64,000 nt of DNA, taken from Sminthopsis crassicaudata (lineage: Eukaryota). Below, in pieces: positions 13,871-26,345 of this stretch (positions within the stretch are counted from its first letter, which is position 1; each line of letters begins with the position of its first letter). The notes under the pieces are model-generated. The model worked only from the letters and a program-made list of their open reading frames with translations, did no database searches and had not been told where the DNA came from. The translations under genes and the position numbers were made by a program. The stretch lies in the NCBI RefSeq assembly GCF_048593235.1, contig NC_133622.1, positions 213,497,198 through 213,561,197 on the forward strand. The letters run 5' to 3'.

Positions 13871-14859
13871 TAATATAAAAAAAAAATTAAAGGGCTATAG
13901 ATCATTGCTTTCTTCATTCTCTCCTGGGTCACGTTTTCAAGCTTCAAACCATCACATCTGGCATTTCCCTCTTTCTGAAGAATAAACTCTTTCAACAGAC
14001 ATCTTTTCTATCAATGTTTTCCAAAAAGAATACCATCCCACTCCCAACCTTTCTCCATCCTTATCTTTCATCTTCCCTATCTATATAGTCTTTGGGTACA
14101 ACAACAACATAGCATATATTTATCTGCCTATTGATTATTTTCATGTACTTTTCATTAATATTTTTATCTGTCTCTCATCTCCATATCCCACATGCCTGCC
14201 CTAGCCACTGACTGGTTGGGTGACCAGGTGCTCTCAAGCGTAACAATCCTATCTAACAGTGTCTCTGTGTCTTAGTGTTAGAAAGGACCTTAGAGGTCAC
14301 TTAGTCATTTATTTCTTTTTGTAATCTTTTTTTTTAGCAGACATTGTGGGTGCCAAGGGAAGACACTTATCAGATTAACCCAATTACGCTACAAATGAAA
14401 ATTTTGTTTGTGAAAAATAAAAGCAAAAGGATCTTGTAAAAGGGAAAGAAATCCTTTGGGTAATGTTTTTTTAGTTATTATTGTATTTTTCCTATTTGGT
14501 GGTTTTATATAACTAGCATTTCCCCCTTCCTCCCCAGATATATTTTCTTTAATTGCAGCTCACTGTGTTGGGTTGGGGGGCAAGAATTGCAGATTATAGT
14601 ATTTAGAAACTACTGAAAAGCTTTTTGTTTTATTTCCCATCATAAACATTGTTGAAAACTCTCATGTAAACAAAATTTTTAAATTCTTCCAGAGAATTCT
14701 TCCAGAATGTGGCCAATTCCAGCAAGTGAGACTAATTTTGGACATCTTACCTTTGTTATTTTGTTAGAGGTGAGGTCAACAGATTTGAAAGAAAAGTCTG
14801 CCCTCTAGTGTCCATTATAGAGAATTTAGGTACATTGTTAAGCGTTCATTTACAAAATC

Positions 14860-15120
14860 TTAGGGTTGGAAGGGACCACAAAAATTAACATGCTTCCTGA
14901 ATAGAGATTCCCTTACAACACCCCCAACAAATATTCACACAGCCTCCATTTGAACACTTCTATTGATAGGGAACCCACTATTCTCAAAATAATATATTCT
15001 ATTTGTGGACAGTTATTATTGTTAATAAGAATTTACTTTTATCCATTCAAAATTTTGACTTCCCTCCACTGGGTCATAATTCTGCCCTCTAAAGCTTAAC
15101 AAAACAGGACTCTCTCTTCC
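14860..15120 (-). mobile_element. L3/CR1 3' fragment
   Basis: agggttggaagggacc...tttgaacacttctattgatagggaacccacta, antisense CR1 3' end. Confidence 0.5.
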
Positions 15121-17764
15121 CCAAGACAGATAACATTTATATTCTATTTTTCATCAGCACAATTTACTTGGAAATTGAAAGAAAAGAAAAAGAAAAAGAA
15201 ATATATTAGGCAAAAGGCAGTTTGCATTGAGAAGACAGTTTTTAAACTGTGTAGGAAAGAGAAATCATGAGAAAAAAATCAGAATTATCTGCATATTTCT
15301 TCTTGCCTCTGTTCATTCTTATATAAGTGAAGGAGGCGACAGAGCTATTCTAGTAATGTATTTGTTGCTTATTGTTTTTGTATGTGAGTATAAATTATGC
15401 ATAGGAGAAAACAGGATGAGGGAATAGCTTGTTTCAGAGGCACAGATTTAAATTCTAAACACGCAAGCAAAACTCTGCAAAGAGCCTTCTTTGCAGAAGT
15501 GTCCCCAAGCATCCGCACTGTCCCCTGTCCTATTATGCCTTCCTCTTCCAACTCAGATGGGATTGCCTGAACAGTAGAAAATATAGTGGAAAAGAAACAT
15601 TTTGAAAAGGCAAGTAAGTAATTAAGTAAGGAATTATGTTATTGTGTACCGTTCATTATATCTGGCACGGCACATTAGAACTATTTAATGGAGGTCCATA
15701 AATGCCAGTAACATTTAATAGATAATTCAATCAGCTCAGGAGATTTGATGCTTTGTTATTCAAAGATTATAGACAAAAAAGCATGAATTTTAGACAAATA
15801 GGGAAAAAACCTTGGAAGGTCCATTAAATTCTTCAGGGGGGAAAAGCAGGGATAAAGGATGAGGGAGAAAAACCAAGTTGATCATAAGTACTCTTCTGAG
15901 GGAAACAGTGAGTGGGAGAAAGAGCCAGGTATTGTCACTCTCTGATGAATAGATTCTATTCTCAGCGATATTTCATAGACACATTTAGTATGGAGGCCCC
16001 TGTCCTTAGCTCATTTAATTATTACACCATGTGCAGAGAGATGAAGGCCCATTCTGGATGAGCCTTTGAAAACCCCAAAGGCATTTTGTCCTCAGCACTC
16101 CAGTGTCTCTAAGCAACCAAGGCTGGTTTGCTTTGTATTTGGAGTTTGGGGGTGTCGTTAAAGGCCCTTCCTTGTGAGAACAGGATTAAATGGAACCCAA
16201 GGACATCATGGCAGTGTTCAAATAGCATCTATTTCCAGAAACGCAAGCAGGCTCAGCCATTACACTGGGTCATGGTTAGAGTGCCTTTGCAGCCAGGCTT
16301 TGTTCGGTTTTGAATTGCAGCCTTAATTAAAATTTTTACAGGCACAATTTATCATTTCTCTTTTAATATATTTTTTCTCCTTTAGAGAAAGAAGTTCAGG
16401 GCCCATTACCTTGGGTAAACCCTATTATGTTCTTTTACAGACACCAGGAAAATATTAACTTCCTTGAGTCTTAGGGGGGCATGAACGAGTACAATGGTTA
16501 GATCTTCACTATCACCTATGACAAATTATAACCAATTTCTTTTTACCATTGTCTCATTATTCTGCATTTTGGCTTAAATTTCTGTAGGAGAGAAACCCAA
16601 TGCCGTTTCTTCTATTATTCATTTGTTTTGTTCCTACCTGTATCTTCACAGGTGAAGAGAGTTACTGGTGAAAAAAAACACTCTCTGGGGATATGATAAT
16701 TATTCTGTTACTGTTCATCTCAAAGGCAGGGTCATCATATTAGAATATAAATAAGAATTTATCAACTAGACCTGGAATATGTCCTGAAACATCTACCTAT
16801 AGGTCCCAATTTGGTTCTCTAGAATGGTGATTCTCAAACTTTTATTTTTAATATATTTATACCATTAAAATGATTGAGAATCTGTCCAAAAAGTTTTTGT
16901 TTTTTTGGGTTATGTTTATAGATACCATATCAGGCTTTTCTGAAATCAGCCTGCTCATCATTTCTTACAGAACAATTCTATTTAATTCCATTCATATACC
17001 ATAGCTTATTCAGCCATTCATTTTTACATTATTCGTCCCTCTGGGAAGTAAAATAAATGCCTTTCCTTTCTTCACCCCTTCTCTTTAGACTCTTTTTTTT
17101 CTTTAAACAAAGAAAAACAATTAGCCAAAAAAAGTCAGTTATGATGAGTGTATCTGAGAGTGAAGACAACTTGATAGACATGTCCTCTATATCTATTTTC
17201 ATGGTAACTCTTCAAGAGTGTGACGACCAATCCTCCTAATGCTATTCTCTTACAGAATTTAAATTAAGCATCTCCACTTCAATGTTGCATTCCTTAAATA
17301 GGGTGCCAACTCACCTAACTTGCTTTCCTCTGGAAGCTTTCCATTTTCCCAGAATCCTCCTTGAGGGCTATTATATGAAAACTAGACACAATACTCCTGA
17401 TTTTTCCCAATCATGGCCATAGCCATCAGAATTGACTAGTATTTGCCTTTTTCTTTCATCATTAATTTTCCAGACATAGCAGTTCGTTTTTATTTGGGGA
17501 TATGAATAAATCTTCATGGTCAATGAGTGTTATCATAGTCAGTTTTCATTTTATGACATACTCTGACACTTTTTTTTCATTTATAATACATAGTAAGGGC
17601 TTAATAAATTCTCATTGGTCAGTGTTGTATTTTCCAGTGGGAAGAGCACTGTATTTATAGTCAGAAACTCTACCTAATTCAAGTCACACCTTGTGACCTA
17701 GATCAAGTCACCTAATTTCCCTGCAAATCTTCATTTTCTTCCTCTGTACCATGATGGACTTTTT

Positions 17765-17995
17765 GTTATGGTTGTTCAGTTGTGATTGTTTGTGACCCCA
17801 TTTGAGTTTTCTTGGCAAAGGTAAATGTTTGCTATTTCCTTCTCCAGCTCATTTTACAGATGAGAAAACTGATTCAAGCAGTGTTAAATGACTTGCCCAG
17901 TATCATACAACTTGTATCTGAGGTTGGATTTGAATTCAGTCCTTTTTAACTCCAATGCTAATACTTTCTCCATTGTGCCACTTAACTGTCTAGCA
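17765..17995 (-). mobile_element. MAR1-type SINE (core plus RTE-derived tail)
   Basis: gtgaccccatttgagttttcttggcaaag...gctatttccttctccagctcattttacagatgag. Confidence 0.75.
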
Positions 17996-18074
17996 TGGCT
18001 TGATTTTAAAGTCATTTCCAATCTTAAATCTAAAAACTTATTTTAACAGAGAGAAGAAGAAGGATAAGAAAATT

Positions 18075-18320
18075 CAGCTCTCAGCACTTCCTAAATCAGG
18101 CACTGTGCTAAGTGCTTTAGATTTTTTTTCTATTTGATTCTCATATCACTTCTAGGATATAGATGCTATTATTAAACTCATTTTACTCTTGAGGAAAGGG
18201 ATACATATAGAACTTTAAGTGATTTGCCCAGAATCACATAGCTACCAAATTGGAGAAGGTAGAATTTAAAATCAGATCTTCCTGACTATATTTCTGGAGT
18301 TTTATCCTCTGAAGCACCCA
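18075..18320 (-). mobile_element. MIR/Mar core SINE
   Basis: caggcactgtgctaagtgcttt...gtgatttgcccagaatcacatagct. Confidence 0.6.
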
Positions 18321-19019
18321 GCTGCCAAGGAGGGTCTAAAAATTGTTTTCTAAAAGTAGCAGAAAGGATCAAAGATAAAGTTCTATATTAGCATTTTTAA
18401 ATATTTTATTAAGTATTATTTATTTGACTATTAAGTATTATTAAATAAATACTTTATTATTCTTTCTCCAGACCTAATTTGTTGAGGGACATGCAAGAAA
18501 ATAGACCTATTACTGCAGAGGGGGGCTCAGGATACAGTGTTTTTTAGGAAGGAATTCAAATTGCCGTGATATTAAAAAGTTCGAATAAATGTGAGAAGAG
18601 GAGCATGGGTTTATGGTTGTATGTATTCAATGTATATAGATGGATAGATAGTGAATAAGTGCAAATATTTGTATATTTAGATATGTGTGTTTGTTTGGAC
18701 ATATAACATATGAAAGAAAACACAGTAACATTTGAGAGAAAAAAGACAGACTTCCTATAAAAGATGTTGCCTGAAGGACAGCTTCTGTTTGAATACTTCC
18801 AACTGTGAGGAACTCCCTAGGATTCCTGCTCCTCTCAGTCCATTAGATTAGACAGTACAATGTTTGCTAGACGCTGAGCAGGGAAACAGCATCTAACAAG
18901 TATTTCCTTTGACCTGATAGTGGATAGTCTTCTTCCTCTTGTTTTCCTGTATTCTTGCCAGGGGGTTCACATGTTCTCTCCTCTCTTATTTCTTTGGTCC
19001 TCTGATCTCTGTGGAGTCA

Positions 19020-19400
19020 GCACCCAACATTGTGAATTCCTGATCAGATGAGATAATCACTATTTTGCATGGTCCCGGAGATCTCCAGATGCTGAGCTCA
19101 AAACAACTGTGATCCTTGGGAAAGATTGAGTGGGATTGATTTAAAGCCACCCACTTTAAGGAAATGCTTGAGCACTATGGTAAACATGTGAGTGGATTGG
19201 GGGTGGATTGGAACAACTTCCCATTGATCTCAGCATATTTTCTTGCATCTTTCAGCTGGACAGTTGTTCTAGGGTCTTGATAAAGGGCATATGTGACCTA
19301 GGGCATTCTGATGGGCCCCTTGGTCCCTGTGACTAAGGCATATCAAAGATGATTGGCCCTAGAATTGGGAGGAACTTTTCCTACCATAAGCTATTTACAA
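19020..19400 (-). mobile_element. Probable decayed L3/CR1 ORF2 fragment
   Basis: Antisense CR1-like sequence recognised by eye only. Confidence 0.35.
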
Positions 19401-19899
19401 ATATACAAACTCTATCCCTCGCTACACTATTTCTGGACTCTGCTAGTTTTCTCTGGAAGTTCTATAGAGAAAGCAGGGATTCTTTTTTCTGCTTTTCCCC
19501 CACTTTTCCATCACGCACCTAGGTGACCTTTAGTCCCTGAATAAATATAGACTCTGCCCCAATTGATTGAGACGTGTGTTACAAAACTTTATGACAATTG
19601 TTCCAATCAGTCTCACTACATTTGGTGGAACTTTCAACCTCATTATTATATGATGTGTTTACCCAGATCATTTTTGAAAAATAAGTAATGCAATTAGATT
19701 TTCCAAAGTAGTAATATCAGGGGAATTATGAAATAGGTTAATTTGGAGTTCTTCAAAGCTGAAGGTATTCAGGGAGAAGTTGCCCATAAAACATCATTGT
19801 CTATAGGAAACCTTTTCTGATTCTCCTAACAGGTAGTGCTCATTCAAACTATCCTGTAGTTAGCTACTTTGTTTATATTTGCATATATTCACTTTATCT

Positions 19900-20035
19900 T
19901 TATTATCTACCTATTATCTATTATAGAGAGATAATATCTAATCATTGATTAGATAATAATCTAATCATTATCTAATATTATCTAATAATTAGATAATAAT
20001 CTAATCATTATAGAGAGATAATATCTACTCATTGC
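19900..20035. repeat. Compound AT-rich slippage repeat (ATTATC/GATAAT units)
   Basis: Two interleaved direct repeats: ttatagagagataatatcta(a/c)tcatt x2 and attagataataatctaatcatta x2. Confidence 0.85.
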
Positions 20036-20695
20036 CTCCCAAATAGGAATGGTTTCTTTTTTTTGTACTTAGATCTCTAGAACCTATCACTATGTTTGGT
20101 ATATAGTAGATACATTCTAAATACTTAATTGATTAATTGTTTGGTGTTTATGTCACCAGCACCACAGTCACATGATCTCCTGAGGCTTCAATTTCCTTAT
20201 CAAAAGAGTTGGATTTGATTGCTTCCAAGTGTATATGTAATTATGCTCTTGTGTGTATATTTGAAGGACAGCATGATGGTATGGAAAGACTGCTTAATTT
20301 AAGGTCCAAGAAGATCTGTTTTAATATCAGTTCTTTTACTTACTAATTGTATGGCCTTCGTCAAACTATTGATGTTTATGGTTTTAGTAACTTGCCCTGA
20401 AAAATGAGGACATTGAATTTAATGCTCTTCCTATTCTGCTCTCAGGTTTCTTCCACTTCTGACAATCTATATAGTTCTACCATGAAATAAATGCAAACAA
20501 TATTGCGTTTACACAAATAGCATTTCATTCAAGTTTTGGGTATTTATAGGGTTGTCAACCCATGTTTTCTAAACAAAGGCAAAGAACTGTGTGTATTTGA
20601 AACCCTTGTCTAATTCTCAAATGATAATTTCACTTTGATGATGTTCATTTTTAGAAAAATTTCAATTAAATAGGTTGATTCAACAAACATTTATT

Positions 20696-21408
20696 TTTTC
20701 AATAGTATTTTATTTTTCCAAATACGTATAGATGTAGTTTTCAATATTCATTTTTTTATAAGATTTTATATTTCAAATTTTTTTCTCCCTTCTTCACTTA
20801 TCTTCCTCCTCCCCAAGACAGCAAATAATCTGATGTAGGTTATGCATGTACAATACCTTCAAGCATATTTCCATATTTGTCATGTGTAAAAAAAATTAAA
20901 CAAAAAGGGGAAAATATGAGAAAGAAAAAGAAAAAAGAAATAAAAATACTATGTTTTAATTCACATTCAATTTCCATGGTTCTCTCTTTGGATGTGGATG
21001 GCATTTTCTATCCCAAGTCTATTGGAATTGTCTTGAATCACCACATTTCTGAGATTAATCATAGTTGATCATCATATAATCTTGTTGTCATTGTGTACAA
21101 TATCCTTTTGGTTCTGCTCACTTTGCTAAGCATAAGTTCATGTAAGTCTAGGCTTTTCTGAAGTCAGTCTACTCATCATTTCATAAAGAACAATATTCCA
21201 TTGCCTTCATGTACCATAATTTATTCAGTCATTCCCCAACTGGATGAGCATCCACTCAGTTTCTAGCTCTTTGCCACTACAAAAAGAGCTGCTACAATAA
21301 TTTTGGCACAGGTGGGTCCTTTTCCTTCTTTTATGATCTCTTTGGGATACAGATTCAGTAGTAGCACTGCTAGATCAAAGGGTATGCAGAGTTTGATAGC
21401 ACTTTGGG
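20696..21408 (-). mobile_element. Old 5'-truncated L1 with a 17-bp TSD
   Basis: L1 3' homology. The identical 17-mer TTCAACAAACATTTATT occurs at 20679-20695 and 21409-21425. Confidence 0.88.
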
Positions 21409-21467
21409 TTCAACAAACATTTATTAAGCACTTACTACATGCAAGAAATTGTAATAGGAGAATTAAT

Positions 21468-21472
<5 letters not shown>

Positions 21473-21550
<78 letters not shown>

Positions 21551-21559
21551 TGAGTGTGT
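21473..21559. repeat. Compound (TA)n-(TG)n microsatellite
   Basis: Direct reading. Confidence 0.95.
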
Positions 21560-21828
21560 AGATTTCTTCCTTTGGAACTTGTATTCTAGTCCCTGTCCTA
21601 CTTACATTAAATTAAAAGTGATCCAAAACACTCATTTATTAATTAAATTTTAATAAAATAAACCAAAAGATTGAAGGATATTGATGGAGGAAAAAAAAAA
21701 AAGGAAACCTTTTTTTGCATTCATCTGAAAGGACCAAAATTTGGTACCAGTCCCAAAGATTTGAAATCACCCACCCCCCCAGTTCACACTGAATTTTCAT
21801 ATTAGATACTTGTTACATTTATGTGGAT

Positions 21829-21844
21829 CTGCCACCTGGTGGCC
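21829..21844 (-). promoter_or_regulatory. Candidate CTCF site
   Basis: The - strand reads GGCCACCAGGTGGCAG, matching the CTCF core CCASYAGRKGGCRS with no mismatch. Confidence 0.6.
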
Positions 21845-22764
21845 TTTTATACAATCTCGCCTCTATCTGTTTTTCTTTCATTAACAGGTATTAAAAATTG
21901 TAAATCAGCCTAGTCCTCTGTTAGTCATTTTAAAACAGATGTTAAATAATTTAGTGGTAGTGTGTGGATATGGGTTTGTACTCCCTCTTGCTTTTTGGAA
22001 TGTGTGGGAGCAGAGAGCTGACAGTCTCCTGCAGCATGACTTACTAATGAACTGGCATTTAATGAGCTGGCAAAGATTTTGTTTCCTTTAGGTCATGTGG
22101 CACATCTTGCTTTGAAGGGTGTCAAGGTGCCATTACAAAATGAAATTGTCCTGCTTCCCTCTTCTACTCTGTGCTTTGGATAGAGTAATGTATTTTTGAA
22201 GGGGAAAGGAATGCTTTGACTTCAGTGCGTCTCAAAGTAAAATACTTTTTTTATTAACTTAACTGACCTCACCTATATTAAAGAAAAGCTATTAAAAAGA
22301 ACCTATTGTAAGAGCCAGAATAACAGGGTAAGTGCAATTTTAATTTTTTGACTGGAAGAATGATTCAACTTTGAAGGGTAAAATATTCAGAGCTATACAT
22401 ATTGTGACCTTCTCTCTATGTGGTCACTATACTCATCTGAGTCTGAGAATACATCTTTTCTTAGACCTAAATGCATTGCCAAATTCTAATACTGCTGAGA
22501 ATACTTACTTACAATACATAATGGGGACTCAGAGGAATCTGAATGATGTCAAATTCATAAAAAGAAGGGTCATCTTAATTCACTGGGGAACTAAATTAAA
22601 AAGCAGTTTTGTTGCTTGGAGTCCTAGAACTGATTCTGGGACTGTATAAACATTTAAAAGATAAATTTTTATTCCTGTATGTTCAGTGACATTAGTTGAG
22701 AAGAAAGAATTGGAAAGTCTAGACAAGCCCTGAAATATAGAAGGAAAGAAGAGAAGGAAGGGAA

Positions 22765-23005
22765 TAAGCATGAACTAGGCATCTGTTATGTGCCAGGTAC
22801 TGTGCTCAGTTGCTTTTACAAATATTATCTTGTTTAGTCCTCCACCCAAGAGGTAAGTGCTATTTTTATTTCCATTTTACACTTGAAAAATGTTGAGACA
22901 AAAATAAGTTAAATAACTTGTCCAGGGTGCTACAGCTTAAGTGTTTGAGGCCTGACTTTTAAATCATTATTCCAGAACCACATCTTTATATTTACCATGC
23001 TATTT
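22765..23005 (-). mobile_element. MIR/Mar core SINE
   Basis: tatgtgccaggtactgtgctcag...taacttgtccagggt. Confidence 0.6.
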
Positions 23006-23009
23006 AGGT

Positions 23010-23560
23010 GTCCAAGAAGACTGAAGATTATTCTTTATGAGAATTGGTTGAAAGAACTGGAGATGTTTAGAATTAAGAAAAGGAAAATTAGAGAAATAGG
23101 AGAACTAATATAAGTATTTGAATGCCTTGTAGACTGAAGTACTTTCCAATCCTTCCAAACTAGGTTAAAACATTAAACCCTGGAAATTTTCCAACTATAA
23201 CAAAAATATAATCCATTTAAATACTATTAATTTATGGTTTTCTAAGTCAATATGTATCCTATGGGATCCATTTCTACTTGAATTTGATCCAACAGCACAG
23301 GATTAAAGTTCTTCTTAATGAACCAAGACAGCAGAACCTGCAACTATGGGGCAAATGCCTTGTAGAGGAACATTTAGATTTGAAGGGAAACTTTGCTAAT
23401 TATTACCATTGTCCAGAAATAAAATGAGTTGGTAGGTGGTGGGTTCCCATTCACTAGAGGTCATTGAGCAGAAGTTGTACAACCATTGATATAAAATGTT
23501 CTAGAGGAAATGGCTTCTGAGGCTTATTACAATGTGGGACTCTTTAAATTCTATTCTTTG
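23010..23560 (+). mobile_element. L3/CR1 3' end
   Basis: gaaagaactggagatgtttag...taagtatttgaa...gggttcccattcactagagg...gggactctttaaattctattc. Confidence 0.55.
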
Positions 23561-25489
23561 AGCCCCAGATTGAGCCCAGATTTCTGAATGAAGAAGCTAA
23601 ACCAAATCAAACATAAAAAACAATCAACAAATGTTTATTAAGTTAGATGCTAAACACTGTGAATAAAAATAATACAAGTGAAATAATCTGTGCTCTCAAG
23701 GACCTCATCCTTAAAGACCCTTTGAACTCAAACAGCAAAACAAAATTTTGGTTATTCTCTCTATTCCTAAAGTTTCTCATTCAAATGGATATAAGAATAT
23801 AAATAATCTTAGAGAGTTAGAAAAATCAAGTGGATTCCATCTGAGAAAAACATGTAAAGGGAAGAAGCCAATATGTGCCATCAGTGATAATAAGGAAATG
23901 GCAGAGATTGAATGGGACCTTTTGTTGGGGGATACTGAAGAGGATTTTCTTCAGGTATATGTTGGATCAGATGGTCCCTATATCCTTTCCACTTTCTATG
24001 AGTTTATGGTTTATTTCTGTAGTAGGGCATGCCACATGATCAACTATGGCAGAAAACAAAAACATGATGTGAAAACAATAGATGTAAACTCATGAAAAAA
24101 CAGCAATAAGTATTCACATTCATAGGATGCTTTAAGGCTTGCAAAGTTTCTCATGTACATTATCTCATTTGAAAAAAATTGTTGAAGCAATAATATTTGA
24201 TGCGAAAAATAAAAATGGAAAGGGATTAATAGTTCTCAAGGGGGGAGGAGAAGAAAATATAAGCAAGGTGACGAAGGCTGAACAAGAGATTCCAAAAGCC
24301 AATTTTTGTAACGTGAAGTAAGCAAAGAACACTTAATTTGGAGAACCTTCTTAGAAATATAAAGAAGAGGAAAAGAATGCAGGTAGTAGAAGATTGAAGA
24401 AATTAATGAAAGACTGAACACAAGAGGAATTCTGGTCCCATTGCTCCTGGCATGTATATTCTCAAAGAGAGGATGACAAAAGTAACAGAGGCAATGGAGG
24501 AAAAATGCAGAAATCACAGAAAGATCCCAAAGGAAATTTACTTGGATTAATGCCCTACATCAAACAAGTTATAGAAATATAATATAATATAATATAGGTA
24601 AAAAAACAAAATTATTTCAAAGTAGGAAAATGACATTCAAAAAAAAATCAGGAGACAACCTGAAAGAAGGGAAAATAGGTTTCATATTTATATAAGAAAT
24701 AACTAGATTTGACAGTGGAGTTATTGTTTATAACTGGTCCAAATGGTGGGCCATTACATTAGTCAAGGAAAATAATGGTTAAAGGTGGGATTGTGTTTTT
24801 TTCATAATGCAAATGGTAAAAAGATACATATGAGATCTAGAATGAAAATTATGTGTGATCTTGGATGTGAAATAGAGAAGGGAAGAGCTCCTATTTCTTT
24901 CATTTGTCATCCAGAGGTTCTCCTAAGAAAATACAACCAGGAATCACTGTAATTGTATTTAAAGAAAAACTAACTCTTTTTGACAAGATGTTGGGAGAAC
25001 CAAGTTCTGCTTCTGATTCTACCACTTTCCTTTGGGGAAGTCACACCTCCTTTCCGTATGCTTCAGTTTTCTTATCTTTGAAATGAGGGACTTGAATGAG
25101 ATTGCCTCAAATTTTTTTTACATTTTAACATGCTGTTGTTCCTTAACTCTAAATATTTAATCAAACTGGAAAGGAATGCAAATAATACGATATAAAAGAG
25201 ACTATTGCATATAAACTAAGCTCAGTTATACGAGGCACTGGGCATATTAAGATGTGGAGAAATATAGATCATACAAGGGGGCAAAGGGCAAAGGAAAAAT
25301 CCAGGCAAATTTCCATTGGACAGATTGAGCAGTCATCTCTCATAGTTGTGGGATTATGGAAGGTTTTAGGTAAAAACTGGCACAGAAGGCTGAGTTATGG
25401 TAGAAGAGAATACCTTATGCAGAGATGTATAGAAATAGAAGGGTGAAGGATAAGAGGTCCAAAAAGTGGCTAATTTGCCCAATCCAATT

Positions 25490-25640
25490 TGCCCAGAATA
25501 CAGTATGTTAAAAGCAATAGTATGATCGTACATGTATAACCTCTATCAGATTGATTGCCATCCTAGGGAAGTGAGAGAGGCAGAAGGGAGAAAAAAAATG
25601 GAAATCAAAATCTTATAAAAGTAAAATGTCAAAAACTAAT
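25490..25640 (+). mobile_element. Old L1 3' UTR fragment
   Basis: acatgtataacctctatcagattgattgccatcctagggaag...gggagaaaaaaaatggaa. Confidence 0.55.
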
Positions 25641-26259
25641 AAATTTAAAAGGAAGGAAATACAATTATGTTAAATGACAATGGAAACCTAGGTTGGTCAA
25701 AATTGTAAATTAAAAAAAAACTTTAAATGTTATACTAGACTGAAATTGCATTTCAATGAAATGTCATGAGCAACCTCAGTCATGGAGCACTATAATGGAT
25801 TGAGATATGAGTGTGGATGTGGCTTAAAACAAAAACCCAAAACACCCTGACCCCCCAAAAAAACACCTATCTCATTTACTATATAGGTTGGCTTTGCTTA
25901 AATTTTTTTCCTTGTTATAAGGTTTCATGGCTTTTAGTCATGGAAAGGTGCTAGAGAGAAAAAAAATTATGGTCATAAAGGTGACAATTAAAAAAATTGA
26001 AATAATATTTTATTATATAGGTAACATGGAGCCACTGGATCCTTGTGAAGAGGAGAGTGAAATGGTTAGACTTTTGCACAAGGGAGAACTATAAAGAATG
26101 GCTTCATGCCAGCAGGATTATTTAATAGGCTAGTAAACAAATTGAGCAAGAAGCAATGAGGGCCTCAGGGAAGTTGGTGGCTGTGTGGGTAGAAAAGTAC
26201 TGTGTATTCCTGTCCTCTCATTATCCCATACAACAATTGCTATTTTCCCCTGCTGTCAT

Positions 26260-26345
26260 CTTTCTAATATTGTGGGTGTTAGGTGGACCCTCACAGCTGT
26301 TTTAATTTGCATTCTTCTTCTAATTAATGACTTGGAGCATTCTGT
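26260..26345 (-). mobile_element. Short L1 ORF2 fragment
   Basis: gttttaatttgcattcttcttctaattaatgacttggagcat matches the antisense of L1 ORF2 IREMQIKTT. Confidence 0.6.

Noticed and set aside
15474-15497. 10-bp perfect hairpin TCTGCAAAGA-gcct-TCTTTGCAGA
   Set aside because: A stem this short is within chance expectation for 64 kb.
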